Of a stretch of DNA of 64,000 bases, positions 50,200 through 63,777 are shown in pieces. The DNA is taken from assembly GCF_018977255.1 (NCBI RefSeq), contig NW_024704743.1:40302001-40366000 (forward strand). The letters are read 5' to 3'. The notes beneath the pieces were generated by a model. It saw only the letters and a list, made by a program, of their open reading frames with translations. It was not told the origin of the DNA and searched no databases. Position 1 is the stretch's first letter. Each line of letters opens with the position of its first letter. Made by a program: the position numbers and the translations under genes. Source of the DNA: Callorhinchus milii. Taxonomy: Eukaryota.

Positions 50200-51230
50200 A
50201 TAGAATCATAGCATCTTACAGCACAGAAACAAATCGTTCACAATCAAATCTATACAGATTTTTTTTCTCCATATAAACCACCTAATCTAATCTGATTTTC
50301 AACAACAACAACTTGCATTTATACAGAACCCTTCACCAGGGTAGCATCCCAGACCGCTTGACAGTGGCAGAGCCCGACACTGAGTCGGGGGAAGTAGGGG
50401 AGGTAACTGTAGGCACGGTCAAAGAGGAAGTTCTTCAGGTATGACCTGAAAATGAGGAAGGAAGGGTCAAGGTGCAGAAATAGAAGAAGAATTTTCCAGA
50501 GTTTCAGGGCGTGGTGGCTGAATGCATGGCCACTGATGGTGGAACGGAGGGCATGGGGGTCCTGCAGAATGCCGGAGCCGGTCGAGCGGATGCACTGGGT
50601 AGTAGATTGGGGAGTAAGAAGGTCGGAGAGGTAGGGAGATGCCAGGACATGAAGGGATTTGAAAATTAATGTGAGAATCTTGAAATCAACCCGTTCGGCA
50701 ATAGGGAACCAGTGGAGCTTGGCTAGAGTTGGTTTGATGGGAGTATGGAGTTTCGTGCAGGTGAGTATATGGGCAACGGTATTTTGTATCAGCTGGATCT
50801 TGTGGATGGTGGAGGCAGGGAGACCAGCAAAGAAGACATTTGAAAAGTCGAGTCAGGAGGTGATGAACGCATGGACAATTGTTTTGGCTGTGTCTGGAGT
50901 GAGGTAATTTTCCTGCTTGATCACAATTCCTGTAATATTCTTCTTTTTCTAGCAATTATCCAATTCCCTGTTTAAAAATACATTTACTGCCTGTGGCAGA
51001 TTATTCCACATTCTTGTTAACCACTGTGTAAAGATTGTTTTTAGATCCCTCCTCTTTTCATTCTCTTTGTGATTTTATTAAATTTGCACCCCTTGTGACT
51101 GACTTGTCACTATTCTAATATCATAACCCTCTTCATCTTGAAGACCTCTATCAGGTCACTCTTTAACCTTCTTAGCTCCAGAGAAACCAAGCCCTAACTT
51201 CACAAATGTCCTTTTATAACTGGAATTACT
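50200..51230 (-). mobile_element. Old CR1 3' end split by an L2
   Basis: tagaatcatag tail at 50201; minus-strand LELRRLKSDLIEVFK-like and RMWNNLP motifs. Confidence 0.7.
50301..50906 (-). mobile_element. L2 3' portion, separate family
   Basis: HWFPIAERVDFKIL-like C-terminus; (TTG)n tail; TSD attttc (50295-50300 / 50907-50912). Confidence 0.9.
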
Positions 51231-51914
51231 CAGAACAAAATTGTGTCAAAGGCTGGTTGCAGAAATACAAATCTAACTGACATTAAGAGTGGATCCAATT
51301 AACCAGATTATTATTCAATTATCCAATCTAATTAATAGAAGTAACGGTGTATTCTGAAATTAAACAACTCTAACATCAACAGTGCTATAAATCATCAGAA
51401 GACAAGATTTTATCAACCACAGACAGACTAAAAGCAATATGTTTCATGCCATTTTGTTTCATACACGACAGAGTTTCCAATTAAGGATGAATATTTAAAC
51501 CATACTGATGTAATGCGAGGCAACATCAAGCATTGCCTAACAACTTTCAAACAGGAACTTCATGGAGATTAACAAGATGCTTCAGGGAGATTGTAGAGCT
51601 CTTCTTTAATCTCACCTCCACCCTTGAACCCTCTTTTTAGTTTGAGTGCTTTCCACAAATAATGATAATAATAATTATCCTTGTGTTTGATATAATGCTT
51701 ATCAGGTTAAAATGCAAAAATGGTGCACAGGTATTTGCTGTATGGTGAATTGTCTATATTTGTAGTCAAGCATGGCAACCAATTTGTGCACAGCATTACC
51801 CCACAAACAGCCATGAATGAATCATTGATTTTACTGTATTCGAATACATGTACAATTTGCCGATAATTGCTTATGTGTGATCCACTACCAAAATAGGAAA
51901 CTTCAAAAAGTCAG

Positions 51915-53512
51915 ATATCAAGCCTGGATGAACAATAACTTTCTTCAATTGAATGTCAGCAAGACCGAGGCCCTCCTGATTGGCTCCCATCAATGCCTCC
52001 ACACCTCAGGCACTGACAGCATCACCATCCACGGTTGCACACTCTACCTTACTAAACTAGTCTGGAACCTTGACATCTTGGTCGACTCTTAACTATCCTT
52101 TCTACCCCACATTCATACCATGACCCACTCTGTCTTCCCTCACCTTCGCAACATCGCCCTACTCCAGCATTATTTCATACTGCAGGCCGCCGAGACCCTC
52201 ATACATGCATTCATAACATCAGGCTCGAATACACAAACTCCCTGCTTGTCAGCCTCCCCAATGCCTCCCTCCAAGGGCTGGAGATCATCCAGAACTCTGC
52301 AGCCCATGTCCTTTCCCATACTAGGCTCTGTGAGCCTATCACCCCTATCCTCATTTTGTCCTTGAGTGATTCAGGTTTTATCTCTCACATTGTTCCAATT
52401 TGTCTCCGACAACGGTTTCTCTTTCAGCCCCCACAAAGTCTTGTGTGGTGTTCCTCAGGACTCTGTCTCTATTCCCCTCCTCTTTAACCTCTACATGCTC
52501 CCCCTTGTTGACATCATCCACAGACATGAGGTCAACTTACACATGTACGCAGATGACATTGAACTCTATCTCTTTGCATCCAACCCTTAATTCCAGGACA
52601 ACTGGTATCCTGACAGACTGTCTGTCTGACATTAAGTCCTGGATGAGAACTAACTTTCTATGAATGTCAGCAAGACCGAAACCCTCCTGATTGGCTCGCA
52701 ACAGCACCTCAGCACCTTAAACACTGGCAGCATCAGCATCCACGGTTGCACACTCCACCTCACCAAGCCAGTCAGGAACCTGGGTGACTTGTTCAACCCT
52801 CTACTGTCCTTTTTCACCCATACCCATGCCATGACCCGCTCTGCCTTACCCCACCCCCGCAACATTGCCCAATTCCGCGACTGCCTTACCCCTCAGGCCG
52901 CTGAAACTTTCATACACGCATTTGTCACCTCAAGGCTCAACCAAGGAACCTCCCTCCTTGTCAGCCTCCCCAACTCCTCCCTCCATAGGCTGCAAATCAT
53001 TCAGAACTCTGCAGCCCATGTCACATTCCACAACAGGCTCCGTGGCCCTATCACCGCCATCCACTCCTGACTCCACTGGCTTCCCATCACACAGAGGGTA
53101 CAGTTCAAGATCCTGTTCCTCACCTTCAAAGCTCTCTATGGCCTTACTCCCCCTTACCTCTGCGACCTCCTAACCCCTACTAACCTGCCCGTTCTCTCCT
53201 CTCAACAGGCTCTGGCCTGCTTCACGTCCTCCACTTCACACGCCCCACCCATGGTGGCCTTCTGCCACTCTGCTCCCCCCCTCTGGAAATCCATCCCGCA
53301 GTCCCTCCACCTCGCCCCTCCCTTACCTCCTTCAAGACCCATCTCCAGACCCTCCTCTTCGATTGTGACGTCGTCACCCTCCTGCCCGACCCCCCTCACC
53401 TCCACCCTCCCCGATCCCGACCACTAGCTTCGGTTCGAAACACTGATTGTTCAGCACCTTGGGATATCCTCCTGATGTGAAAGGCACTATACAAATATAA
53501 TGTTTTTGTTGT
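51915..53512 (+). mobile_element. Two tandem degraded L2 pieces (51915-52350 and 52360-53512)
   Basis: NVSKTE(A/T)LLIGS occurs twice; HMYADD; tail at ~53510. Confidence 0.9.
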
Positions 53513-54849
53513 TACATCAAGTGTAATGATCATTAGCATTATTATTATTATCCTTCCCACCGACTTCCCATAACAGCATCAAACTGTGTTTTTTAAAGAA
53601 GAAGCAGCTTGCTTTCATATAACTTATCAATTACAGATCCGACCACCTTCATGGAATCTGATTTTAGTGTTACACATTTAATTTTGAGGACAATTATATA
53701 CATATTTGTAATCTTAATTGTAAGTGCTCCAAGATGGAACTCCGAGACAATAACCTGTGGCATATAAATGCAACTTGTTTTTGTTAAGAAAATATCCTTT
53801 AGCCGTGGTAATTTGGTAGAGATGAAAATTATGGTTTCTGTTTTGAGGACTTATGAATAGCTCCCTCAGAAAGTGTTAATTGGTGCATTGCCAAATGTTC
53901 CCACTTTGTGTTCTTATATCTGTGTAATTACAGCATTATGCTTCAATGCACAAGACAGCCTGAAAATGACAAGATCATCGCATAGGCTGAATGTGATAGA
54001 GTGTACGTAAGGGAATACGGATATTTTTATTACTACAGATTAGAGTTAATAGAGTTTTATTCCTCCATCAGCAGTTAGAAAGATACTGTTTATTTTTGAA
54101 AAAGGCATTTCACACTTTCCTTTAGCCTCATTTTTCAGGACACTTTGAATATAGCTCTATTTGCTCTATTAGCAGATTCATTGATGAGTTTAGTGAGATT
54201 TTATTGGATTCAGAAAATTTATTCAATTTGTCCCACGTAGTTATGAATAAAAAATAATACTTTCATTTAATATAGCACATTCTCTCATTCAAAGTATTTC
54301 AAAGTTCTACTTGCAGTGGGTTACTTTGAAGTGTAGTAACTTCTGGAGGCAAACATAGCAACTTTTCTATACCAGCAAAAATCCATAAACAGCAGAGTTT
54401 TATGAATAAACAGCCTCTTTTTAATCAAAAATTCAACACTGGAATCCGATATTGATTTATAACAAGATAAATTATAGGTTAACTAACAGATCTACGAGAG
54501 AGTTTAAGTTTTTCAGTAGATTTCACATTTTCTTAGAATTATTTATTTTGAATGGAAGTTCAGAACGGTAGGTTTCTCTACCTTGTGATTTGAAAATGTG
54601 TATAGTTTCAATAGTGTTTGTTTCGGTAATATTTCTTACTGCACTAACAATAAATGTAAATAAATGCAGTGCACTGAAATTGATAGCTTCACTGTGGTCT
54701 GAGCAGAATCCTAGAGGATTGGCCTGTGTGATATGCAAGATTCAACATTAGCAAATTAGTTTGCTAAATACTCATTTCAGACCCCTATATATATCAAGGA
54801 TAAGTAGGAATGGTCAATTTTTGCCATTTTACACTTCTAAAATAATGTG

Positions 54850-55993
54850 GACCACTCCATCCTTTTCCAACGCCTCTTCAAGATTCGGCCTTGGAGTGGT
54901 TCAGGTTTTATCTCTCACATCGTCTCCAAATTTGTCTTAGCCAACGGTTTCTCTTCCAGCTCCTACAAAGTCTCATGTGGTGTTCATCAGGGCTCTTCAA
55001 CCTCTACATATTCCCCTTGTTGACATCATCCGCAGACATGGGATCAACTTCCACATGTGTACAAATAACACCCAACTCTATCTTCCCGCCTCCACCCTCA
55101 ATTCCAGCACAACTGACGTCCTGACAGATTGTCTGTCTGACATTGAGTCCTGGATGAGAGCCAACTTTCTACAGCTGAATGTCAGCAAGACTGAGGCCCT
55201 CCTGATTGGCTCGCGCCAGCGCCTCAGCACCTCAGGCACTGGGCGCATCAGCATCCAAGATTGCACACTCCACCGCACAAAGCAGGTCAGGAACCTGGTG
55301 TCTTGTTTGACCCTCAACTGTCCTTTCTCCTCCATATCCATGAGATGACCCACTCTGCCTTCCCCCTCCTCCACAACATTGCCCGACTCTGCCACTGCCT
55401 CACCCCTCAGGACACCAAAACCCTCATACATGCCTTTGTCACCTCAAGGCTTGACTACGGAAACTCCCTCCTTTTCAGCCTCCCCAACTCTTCCCTCCAC
55501 AAGCTTCAGATCATCCAGAACTCTGCAGCTCATGACCCCATTACCCCCACCCTCACCCAGCTACACTGGCTCCCCATCCCTCAGAGGATAGAATTCAAAA
55601 TGCTTGTCCTCACTTTCAAGGCCCTCTATGGTCTTGCCCACTCCGACATCTCTGACCTGCTGATCCCCTATCAACCCATCCGCTCACTATGTTCAGCAGA
55701 CTCCGACCGGCTCAATGTCTCCAGCCCGACCTGCCCTACCATTGGCGGTCAAGCTTTCAGCCTCTTTGTCCCCACTCTTTGGAACTTTATCCCACAATCC
55801 CTTCACCTTGCTCCTTCAAGACACAACTCAAGACCCTCCTTTTTGACCGTGCCTTCAGCTGCCCTCCTACCTTATCTGCCCTCCATCAACCCTGCTCCCC
55901 ACGCTCGGGTCCTGATCCCTGACAGTTCAGCCCCTTGGGATCTCCTCCCGACGTGAAATGGGCGATAGAAATGTAATTTTCTTGTTGTTGTTG
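54850..55993 (+). mobile_element. Degraded L2 3' half
   Basis: [50 protein letters not shown] tail. Confidence 0.92.
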
Positions 55994-56317
55994 TAAAAGA
56001 TAATTATAAATGTATAATAATGTAGGTCCTCGATAACAAATCATAAAATTTTATCTGCACTTTCTGTCACACCTTTCATGTTATTTGTAGTGCGTTGATA
56101 CAGTCAGCTACCACTTTGCTGCCTTCCAAAAATACCCAGAGTTCAGCCTATAGCTTATAAAATCTATACTATATCGGTCACTACACCAGTCCACAGGACC
56201 TGCAATGGTGACTGACTCTTGTGCACCTTCCTCTGTTCACCCAACACCATTTTGCAGAAGAATAGTTCACTTTCCACAACTGTATCATCCCCTGTAAGAA
56301 CTGAAATGCTGCCTGAG

Positions 56318-56358
<41 letters not shown>

Positions 56359-56655
56359 CCTTGCATTTGATGCAGTGTTTTTCTCATCTTCTAGATGTCT
56401 CAAAGCGCTTCATAGGATATACTGTAAAGTGAATTGACTGTATATTTGTGGGCAAAACACAGTAGTCAATTGCACACAGCCGTGGCCCGCAAACAGCTGT
56501 GAATTGAAGTGACCAATTTTTTTTTTTTTTCTTGAGGGATTATTACTAGGTGTGTGGAGTAAGGAAACTTGTCCAAGGTTTCGCCCTGCCTGGAATTGAA
56601 CCTAGGTCTCTTGCTTGCAAGGTGAGTGCTCTAACCACTGAGCTAACTGACTCCA
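56318..56655 (-). mobile_element. tRNA-derived SINE, short form, long (TTA)n tail
   Basis: Full head to tail; (ATA)n at 56318-56358. Confidence 0.93.
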
Positions 56656-56939
56656 AAGATAGTTGAATAGTGTGAACAAATTATCATTGATAACGACCTT
56701 ATGAATGTTTGCTAAATATCTGAAAAGGCAGCAGTTTTTTCAGGCAACATTCAAGATAATAATTATCACATTACATAAAATTCCGCTCTGCTGCTGTCAG
56801 AACTTCTGATGTGATTGTTCCTCTTTCCAATTTGTCATAATTGTTGACCCGAAATCACCAATTGCTGCATTTGCTGTTTGAGTCTTCACCAATGATAATT
56901 ATCACTTCACTTGTTACAATTTTCAGTAATGGGTAACAA

Positions 56940-57345
56940 TAAGATAATAATCCTTATGGCACTTGTTATAGCACTTTTCATGTTGTGAGGATGTCCTAAA
57001 CTGCTTCTCAGGATATAATGTAAGGTGAAGTAACTCTGTCGAACACTGTGGGTGAACACAGCAGCCACATTGTGAACAGCAATGCCCCACAAACAGCTAT
57101 GAAGTGAATGATCAATTTTATTTTTGAGGAACTGTTGGTCAGAACACCAGGAGATACTCCCTTCTCTTCTTGAATAGTACCACAGGATTTATAATGTCCA
57201 CTTGAGCAGGCAGATTGGACCTCAGTTTAACAAAAAGGACAGCACCTCCAACATTGCATCACATTGGGGTGCCAGCTTAGACTATATGAGTTCCATGTAC
57301 CCACAATATTCTGACTCAGAGACGAGAGTTCTCCCAACCGAGGCT
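56940..57345 (-). mobile_element. DeuSINE-like SINE
   Basis: Tail, Deu-like segment, head ttctgactcagag. Confidence 0.7.
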
Positions 57346-57349
57346 GAAA

Positions 57350-57868
57350 TAATAAAAATAATCCTCGCATTTGGTATAGCTCCTTATCACATCTTCGAGA
57401 TATTAATAATTATCCTTGCGTTTGATGTAGCACTTTTCACATCTTCTAGACGTCTCAAAGCGCTTCACAGAGTAGACTGTAAAGTGAATTGACTGTATAT
57501 TTGTGGGCAAAACACGGCAGCGAATTGCGAGGCGAGTATTCTAACCACTGAGCTACGGGACTCAAAGTGCTTTACAGAATATATTTTAAAGTGAATCGAC
57601 CATATATTTTATGGGCGAAATGTGGCAGCCAATTGCGCTCAGCAGTGTCCCACAAACAATTGTGGATTGAGTGACCAAATTATTATTTTAAAAACAATTT
57701 GAAGGCACTGTTAGCCCCAGAATGCAATTCGAAAATTGACTAACAACCAGGTTCCTCCTTACTGCTAGCTCAATGGATGCGTGTGGAGTAAGGAAACTTG
57801 CCTAAGGTTTTGCATTGCCCGGGAATCGAACCCGGGTCCTCTCGCTTGCGAGGCCAGTGCTCTAACTG
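57350..57868 (-). mobile_element. Long-form SINE containing a nested, internally deleted SINE (57402-57563)
   Basis: Host tail atcttcgaga resumes as caaagtgcttt after the insert. Confidence 0.85.
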
Positions 57869-59049
57869 ATACACTTTTCGACACCAAATGATACAATTGT
57901 GCTCTGTTGTGCACCGAAGAACAATTTGTAGAGAAATGAAATGAAAACAAGAGACGATACTGTTTTAATCAATACACAGAGCAGAAACATTTTCTATTTG
58001 CAAGCAATAATTTCAAAAATATATTTTCCCTATTTATTATTAGCAGGGGCTGGATATTATAATTTGCTTTCAGAGGCCTTGGCAATTAATTTCCAATTAT
58101 CCATAAGGTAAATTTTTACCCAAAAAATAAAAACTAAAATTTGCAGCCCTATGCAAGGTCATTCAGCAACTGCTACCATTATTTTTCAAAGACCCGTTTT
58201 CTGCAAAAGATGATTTACCGTAGTAAGGTGTTTAAAAATTTAGAAAAAAGAATCAATCCAAATTGGATGAAAATATTATATACATACCGAAATAATAAAT
58301 TATTATGTTACTTTGTAACAAGCAAATCTAAATGTTTCAACACAAACATTGTATTGTACTGTAATTTGGCCTTTCATCTAGTTACTTTATATAAATATAG
58401 ATTTGCACAAGACACAGCTTTAAGCTGATAACATTCAGTGCCATTATGTGTTGATGGTGGAGGGCAGCACCTTACAGATGCTCTGGTGCTGTTCTGTTTC
58501 CTGTTCTCTTTAACCTTGTAAATTGACTGTCATTGCCATAGCCCCAAGCTGCAATCAATATTTTGGTGATACTGAACAATATAATTTTCCCTATTTCCTT
58601 AGGTATGATTGCACACAAAAGATCCCTTCTGTATCCCACGGGGTAATAGTTTAGCAATTACATCTGTCAACTGAAGTCATATTTCTTTTGTAAGTCCTTG
58701 AGCTAAATTTATTTTCAAAATGTGAATTGTTCATTTCTGCTTTGTGCCGGTGATTTCTGATGTCAGTGGGCGACGGTCTGTTCTACTGATAAATTTCACA
58801 GAGTATTGTTCTCCACTGACATAAGCTGCTGGGTGACTGGGAAGATTATTAGCCTATTGTGCAAAAAATTACAGAAGTGATTGACTGAAGAATCATTCTC
58901 TGTCTGAAAATGCTGTTCATTTTACTGGGGAACCAAAAACATTGTCAAGCGAGGTCAGGAAAGCATATATCCAGAATATTCAATGGTAAGTGGAGTTTCA
59001 GGAACAATGTAACTCACCAAAGTGCCCATTACATGGCATTGAGTATTGG

Positions 59050-59220
59050 TATGCTAGGCCCTCTCACCCTAGCAATTTTCTTCCCTTCTTAACATGGTGA
59101 AATAAAGCCACTTGTAATACCACAACTGCTGCCCCCACTATTGAAATCAACAAGTTCAGTACAGATCAAGATTTTAAATCTGTAATCCTTTGGTTTGCAT
59201 GGCTTAATGATGCACTGGCA
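59050..59220 (-). mobile_element. Possible ancient SINE head, family unassigned
   Basis: Minus strand ..taagccatgcaaaccaaagg..tctgtactgaacttgttgatttca..ggcagcag resembles an old chondrichthyan SINE recalled from memory only. Confidence 0.3.
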
Positions 59221-59342
59221 TTATTAATAATTATTAATAATTATTATAATGAATAATGCCTTTATTCATTGATTTTGAATTCTTTATGCCTCATTCTTCA
59301 GAATAATATTGACATGAAGCTTGCTCTTGGTATTCTCTATGT

Positions 59343-60358
59343 ACAACAAAATGCAACAACAAAATTACACTTGTAAAGCACCTTTCATGTCGGGAGGACG
59401 TCCCAAGGTGTGAACAGTCAGGATTCAGGACCCAAGTATGGGGGGGGTGAACGGTTGGGATGAGGAAGGGCACAGAGGTAGGAGGGCGGTTGAAGGCACA
59501 GTTGAAAAGGAGGGTCTTGAGTCGTACCTTGAAGGAGGCAAGAGAGGGAGCAAGGCGCAGAGATTGTGGGATGGAGTTCCAAAGGGTGGGGGCAGAGAGG
59601 CTGAAAGCCCGGCCATTGATGGTAGGGCGGGTCGGGCAGGAGACATGGAGCAGGCCAGAGCCTGCTGAATGGAGGGAGTGGACAGGTTCATAAAGGGTTA
59701 ACAGGTAAGTAAGGAAAGCGGCCAAGGCTGTGGAGAGATGGGGAGCCAGTGGAGCAGGGTGGTGGTGATGAGGTTGTGGAGCCTGTTGTGGGAGAGGACA
59801 TGAGCTGCAGAGTTCTGGATGATCTGAAGCTTGTGGAGGGAAGAGTTGGGGAGGCCGACACGGAGGGAGTTTCCATAGTCGAGCCTTGAGGTGATGAAGG
59901 CGTGCATGAAGGTTTTGGTGGCCTGAGGGGTGAGGCAGTGGTGAAGTCAGGCAATGTTGTGGGGGTGGGGGGAAGGCAGAGTGGGTCATGTCATGGATAT
60001 AGAGGAGAAAGGACCATTGAGGGTCGAACAAGTCACCCAGGTTCCTGACTGGCTTGGTGAGGTGGAGTGTGCAACCATGGATGCTGATACTGCCAGTGCC
60101 TGAGGTACAGAGGTGCTGGTGAGAGGCAATCAGGAGGGCCTTGGTCTTGCTGACATTCAGCTGCAGAACGTTGGCTCTCATCCAGGACTTGGGGTTTGTG
60201 AGTAGGAGGCAGTTCAGGGGGTGAGGGGGGCCAGGGCATCAAGAATGGCAGAGAGGTAATTGTGGAGTAGAGTGAGCGAGGAGAATAAATCAGTGCGGGA
60301 GGTAGGCCAGAGGGGAAGGAATTCAGATGACTCCCGGGCAGTGGAGAAGGATTGCAGG
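59343..60358 (-). mobile_element. Degraded L2 with a large internal deletion
   Basis: LQLNVSKTKALLI...PTLWNSIPQSLRL; 60190-60358 matches the upstream part of the young L2 (~29050-29210). Confidence 0.9.
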
Positions 60359-61364
60359 AAGAAATTTTTTCCAGTACTAATTATGTGAATCTTATACATC
60401 ACTCTTCTTGTGTAATTACACCCCATTCAAGTTTTAGAATCTCTAGTAATCTTATCAATTTGTTGTTAATTACATAATTAAGGGATCTATTATTCAATGT
60501 ACATTCTGGATATATGTATATACATAGTTAGCATAATTTGCAAATTTTACATAGGAGGATTTAACCTAATTTACAAAGCAGGGTCCATTGGCTCTAGTAA
60601 TCCTTCATCTTCCTTGCTGACAACCCTCCTTGCCTTTGAACCAGAGTCGAAATTGCAGCCTGGATTCACCATAAACATAATTTCTGACTTGGGTTAATCT
60701 TTCATCTTGCACAAATGCATAAATGTTCCCTTAATTGTGCAGTTAATAAAACAAGATTACAGATCTCACTGAAACTAGTAAATTGTTTTTTTCTATTGGC
60801 AGTGCTCACCAGAGCAAATGAAATGTAACCCTGTACTTGTATCTCAATTTATGAAGAAAGTCAGTTCAAGTATATAGTTATTTAAAATATCCTTTAATTG
60901 TAAGACAGTCAGCTGAAGAACTCACATCGAAACAAAGTTACACGACCAAAGTTACTGGGAATATATTTCTTATTAGAGCACAAGTCTCGCAAACATGCTC
61001 CAACTGTACTGTACATTGCTGGAAGGCTTTTTTTTAAGACACCAGTACATAAAGGATATTGACAGTAATGTTATAAACAATAAACTTATCTTCGGATTAC
61101 ACTGGAGTTCTTCTGCTCTGTTTATCAAGTGCAATAAATTCACTGATGTGCCAAGTATATCAATGTAATAAGACTAACATTTATTTAAAGTGATGACTTC
61201 AACAACTAATGCTATTGAGTGCTGTTATTGACTGTTTTGTCAAAGTTGATGCCTCTTATATGTGTTAGAATAATATTGACAAAAAGTTTGGTTCCAATAT
61301 ATTATCAAAAGAACAGTGCCATTGAGAAAAACACAGAGGCAAATAGTAGAAGATGAAGAAGCTA

Positions 61365-61900
61365 TAATCCTTGCATTTGATTTAGCACATTTCACATAAG
61401 GAGTTCATCTCAAAGCACTTCACAGGATTTTATTGTAGTGCTATGATTCTGCATTTTGTAGGCAAATGCTGCAATTAATTTGTGCATGTAATGTCCCACA
61501 CGTAGCCATGCATTGAATTTTATCTTGAATGATTGTTGACCAGGATACTGCGAGAAACTTCTCTTTTTGAATATACTGTGGGTTCTTTAATGTCTACCTA
61601 AGCAAGCAGACGGGCTCTTGATTTAATATAATACAAATTTACATTAGCACTTCGACGTCGAGAGGACATGTCAAGGTGCTGAAATAATATCTCATTTGAA
61701 TGACAATATAGCCACAGGCTGGAGTGTTATAATTGACTATCAACTGAAAGTCAACAACAACAACTTGCATTTATATAGCGCCCTTCACGCAGGTTAGTGT
61801 CCAGAGTGCTGTGCAGTGGTGAAGGTCCTGATGGAGGGGCTTGAACCTACAAAATTGTGACTCAGAGTTCAGAATGCTATCAACTGATCCACCGGCTGAC
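61365..61900 (-). mobile_element. DeuSINE-like SINE with two L2 tail-only insertions
   Basis: Inserts at ~61630-61685 and 61753-61818. Confidence 0.65.
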
Positions 61901-62174
61901 ATAACTGGATAACAAGAAACTAGATTGTTATGGAGACCTCATTCCTTTTCTTACATTGTTAATTTTTCTCTGTTGAAGTATTGTCAATATCTTTCAGCTT
62001 TTCATTGCAATAGTCAAGACGCTTTTCCATTACGTATTTAGTTCATCATGGTTGCCTTGACAATTTTGCTACTAAAATTGCGGGTTCATGTCACTGAACT
62101 CACAGTTTCAGTCTGAACCATTTTCTCCATCATGTGATTCTATTTTAAGTTACAACACACGTTGGGTTAATCTA

Positions 62175-62400
62175 ACTCAGTTGGTAGCACTCTCATTTCT
62201 GATTCAAGAGCTTGTGTGTTCCAACCTTATGTCAGAACTTTAAATTTATAGCCTAACCTGTTGCTCCAATGTTGAGGAAACACAACTATGTTGAAGGTTT
62301 GCTCCTCTGGATGAGATATTAAGAAAGAGGTTCTGTCTATTTGATCAGATGGATATTAAATTCCCATTCCACTTTTCAAAAATGGAAGGGAGTGTGTCTC
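62175..62400 (+). mobile_element. DeuSINE-like 5' fragment
   Basis: taactcagttggtagcactc A box; ggatgagatattaa...ggatattaaattcccat. Confidence 0.6.
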
Positions 62401-62419
62401 AGCTAGCAAGGTAGATTTC

Positions 62420-62935
62420 ATGTTTCATCTTTCCTCCATCTCCATCCCCGCCTCCGACTATACCTCACACCCAACGTTACTGAAACTGTCATTCAAACTT
62501 TCACCTCCTGCTTCAATTATTCCAATGTTATCCTCGCTTGTCACCTTAGCTCCAATATTCACAAAATGCAATTAATTCAAAACTCCACTAAAAGCTAAAC
62601 TCCGTACCTCCATCACCAACTCTTGCCGGCTCCACTGGTTCACAACCACAGAACAGATAGACTTTGAGATCCTCCTACTGATCTATAAATCCTTCATTAC
62701 CCTGGCACCTTGCTACCTCTCTGACCTGTTTATTCCCCATTGCACTACCCTTCACCTCCTCTTCACTGGCTCTGTCCTCCTGCTTGTCTGTTGTCCCTTC
62801 CGCTCCATCATTGGAGGCCATACTTTCAGTCATTATGCCCTAAAACTTTGGAACTCTCTCCCTCAATTATTCCTCTTTGCCTCCTGCTTCTCTGCTTTTA
62901 GATCACGCCTGAAGAACTTCCTCTTTGACCATGCC
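62420..62935 (+). mobile_element. Old L2 C-terminal fragment
   Basis: HKMQLIQNS, LHWF..EQIDFEILLL, LWNSLP. Confidence 0.75.
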
Positions 62936-62993
62936 TATAGTTAAATTATTTTCCATATATATCCAAATCCTGATGTATTCTCTATTGTATAAC

Positions 62994-63710
62994 ATAATAA
63001 TAATCCTTGCATTTAATATAGCACCGTATCATGTCTTCAAGACGTCTCAAAGCGCTTCACAGAATATACACTTAAGTGAATTGACTGTAATTTTTGTGGG
63101 CGAAACACGGAAGCCAATTGCATACAAATAGTCGTGGATCGAGCGACCAAATTATTATTATTTATTTATTTTTATTTTTTGGAAGGGGCTATTACCCCGG
63201 GAAAAGCAATCTGCCAATCGGCTAACCACCTATTTAGCTCCCTCTACTTATAGTATTGTGGAGTCCTGTAGCTCAGTGATTCGAGCACTCGCTTTGCAAG
63301 TGAGAGACCTGAGTTCAATTCCAGGCAGGGAGAAACCTTGGGCAAGTTTCCTTACTCTACACGCCTAATAATAATCCCTCCAAAAAACCAAAAACAATAA
63401 TTAAATTGGTCATTTTCAATCTACGACTGTTTGTGGGACATTGCTGTGCACAATTGGCTGCCGCGTTCGCCCACAAATATACAGTCAATTCACTTTACAG
63501 TGTGTTCTGTGAAGCGCTTTGGGACGTCCTCCCGACGTGAAAAGCGCTATATCAAATGCAAGGATTATTATTATTATTATTATTATAGCTAGGTGAACAG
63601 AGATGTGTGGAGTAAGAATACGTGCCCAACATTTCGCCCTGCTGGTTATCTAACTCAGGTCCTCTCATTTGCACAACGAGTGTTCTAACTACTAAGCTAC
63701 AGGACTCCAT
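62994..63710 (-). mobile_element. Long-form SINE, host to an inverted young SINE
   Basis: Tail at 62994-63235; head at 63587-63710. Confidence 0.85.
63258..63586 (+). mobile_element. Young tRNA-Ala-derived SINE, CTCCC-loop subfamily
   Basis: Full length; near-identical to the reverse complement of 6823-7148. Confidence 0.95.
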
Positions 63711-63777
63711 GGTATATATTCTTATTTTTATCAAAGTGAAGTCCTCCCAGAAGAGCTGAGTATTTTTTCACATTTGT

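Noticed and set aside
56164..56437. Poly-Ile/poly-Leu membrane peptides
   Set aside because: Translation of the SINE (TTA)n tail
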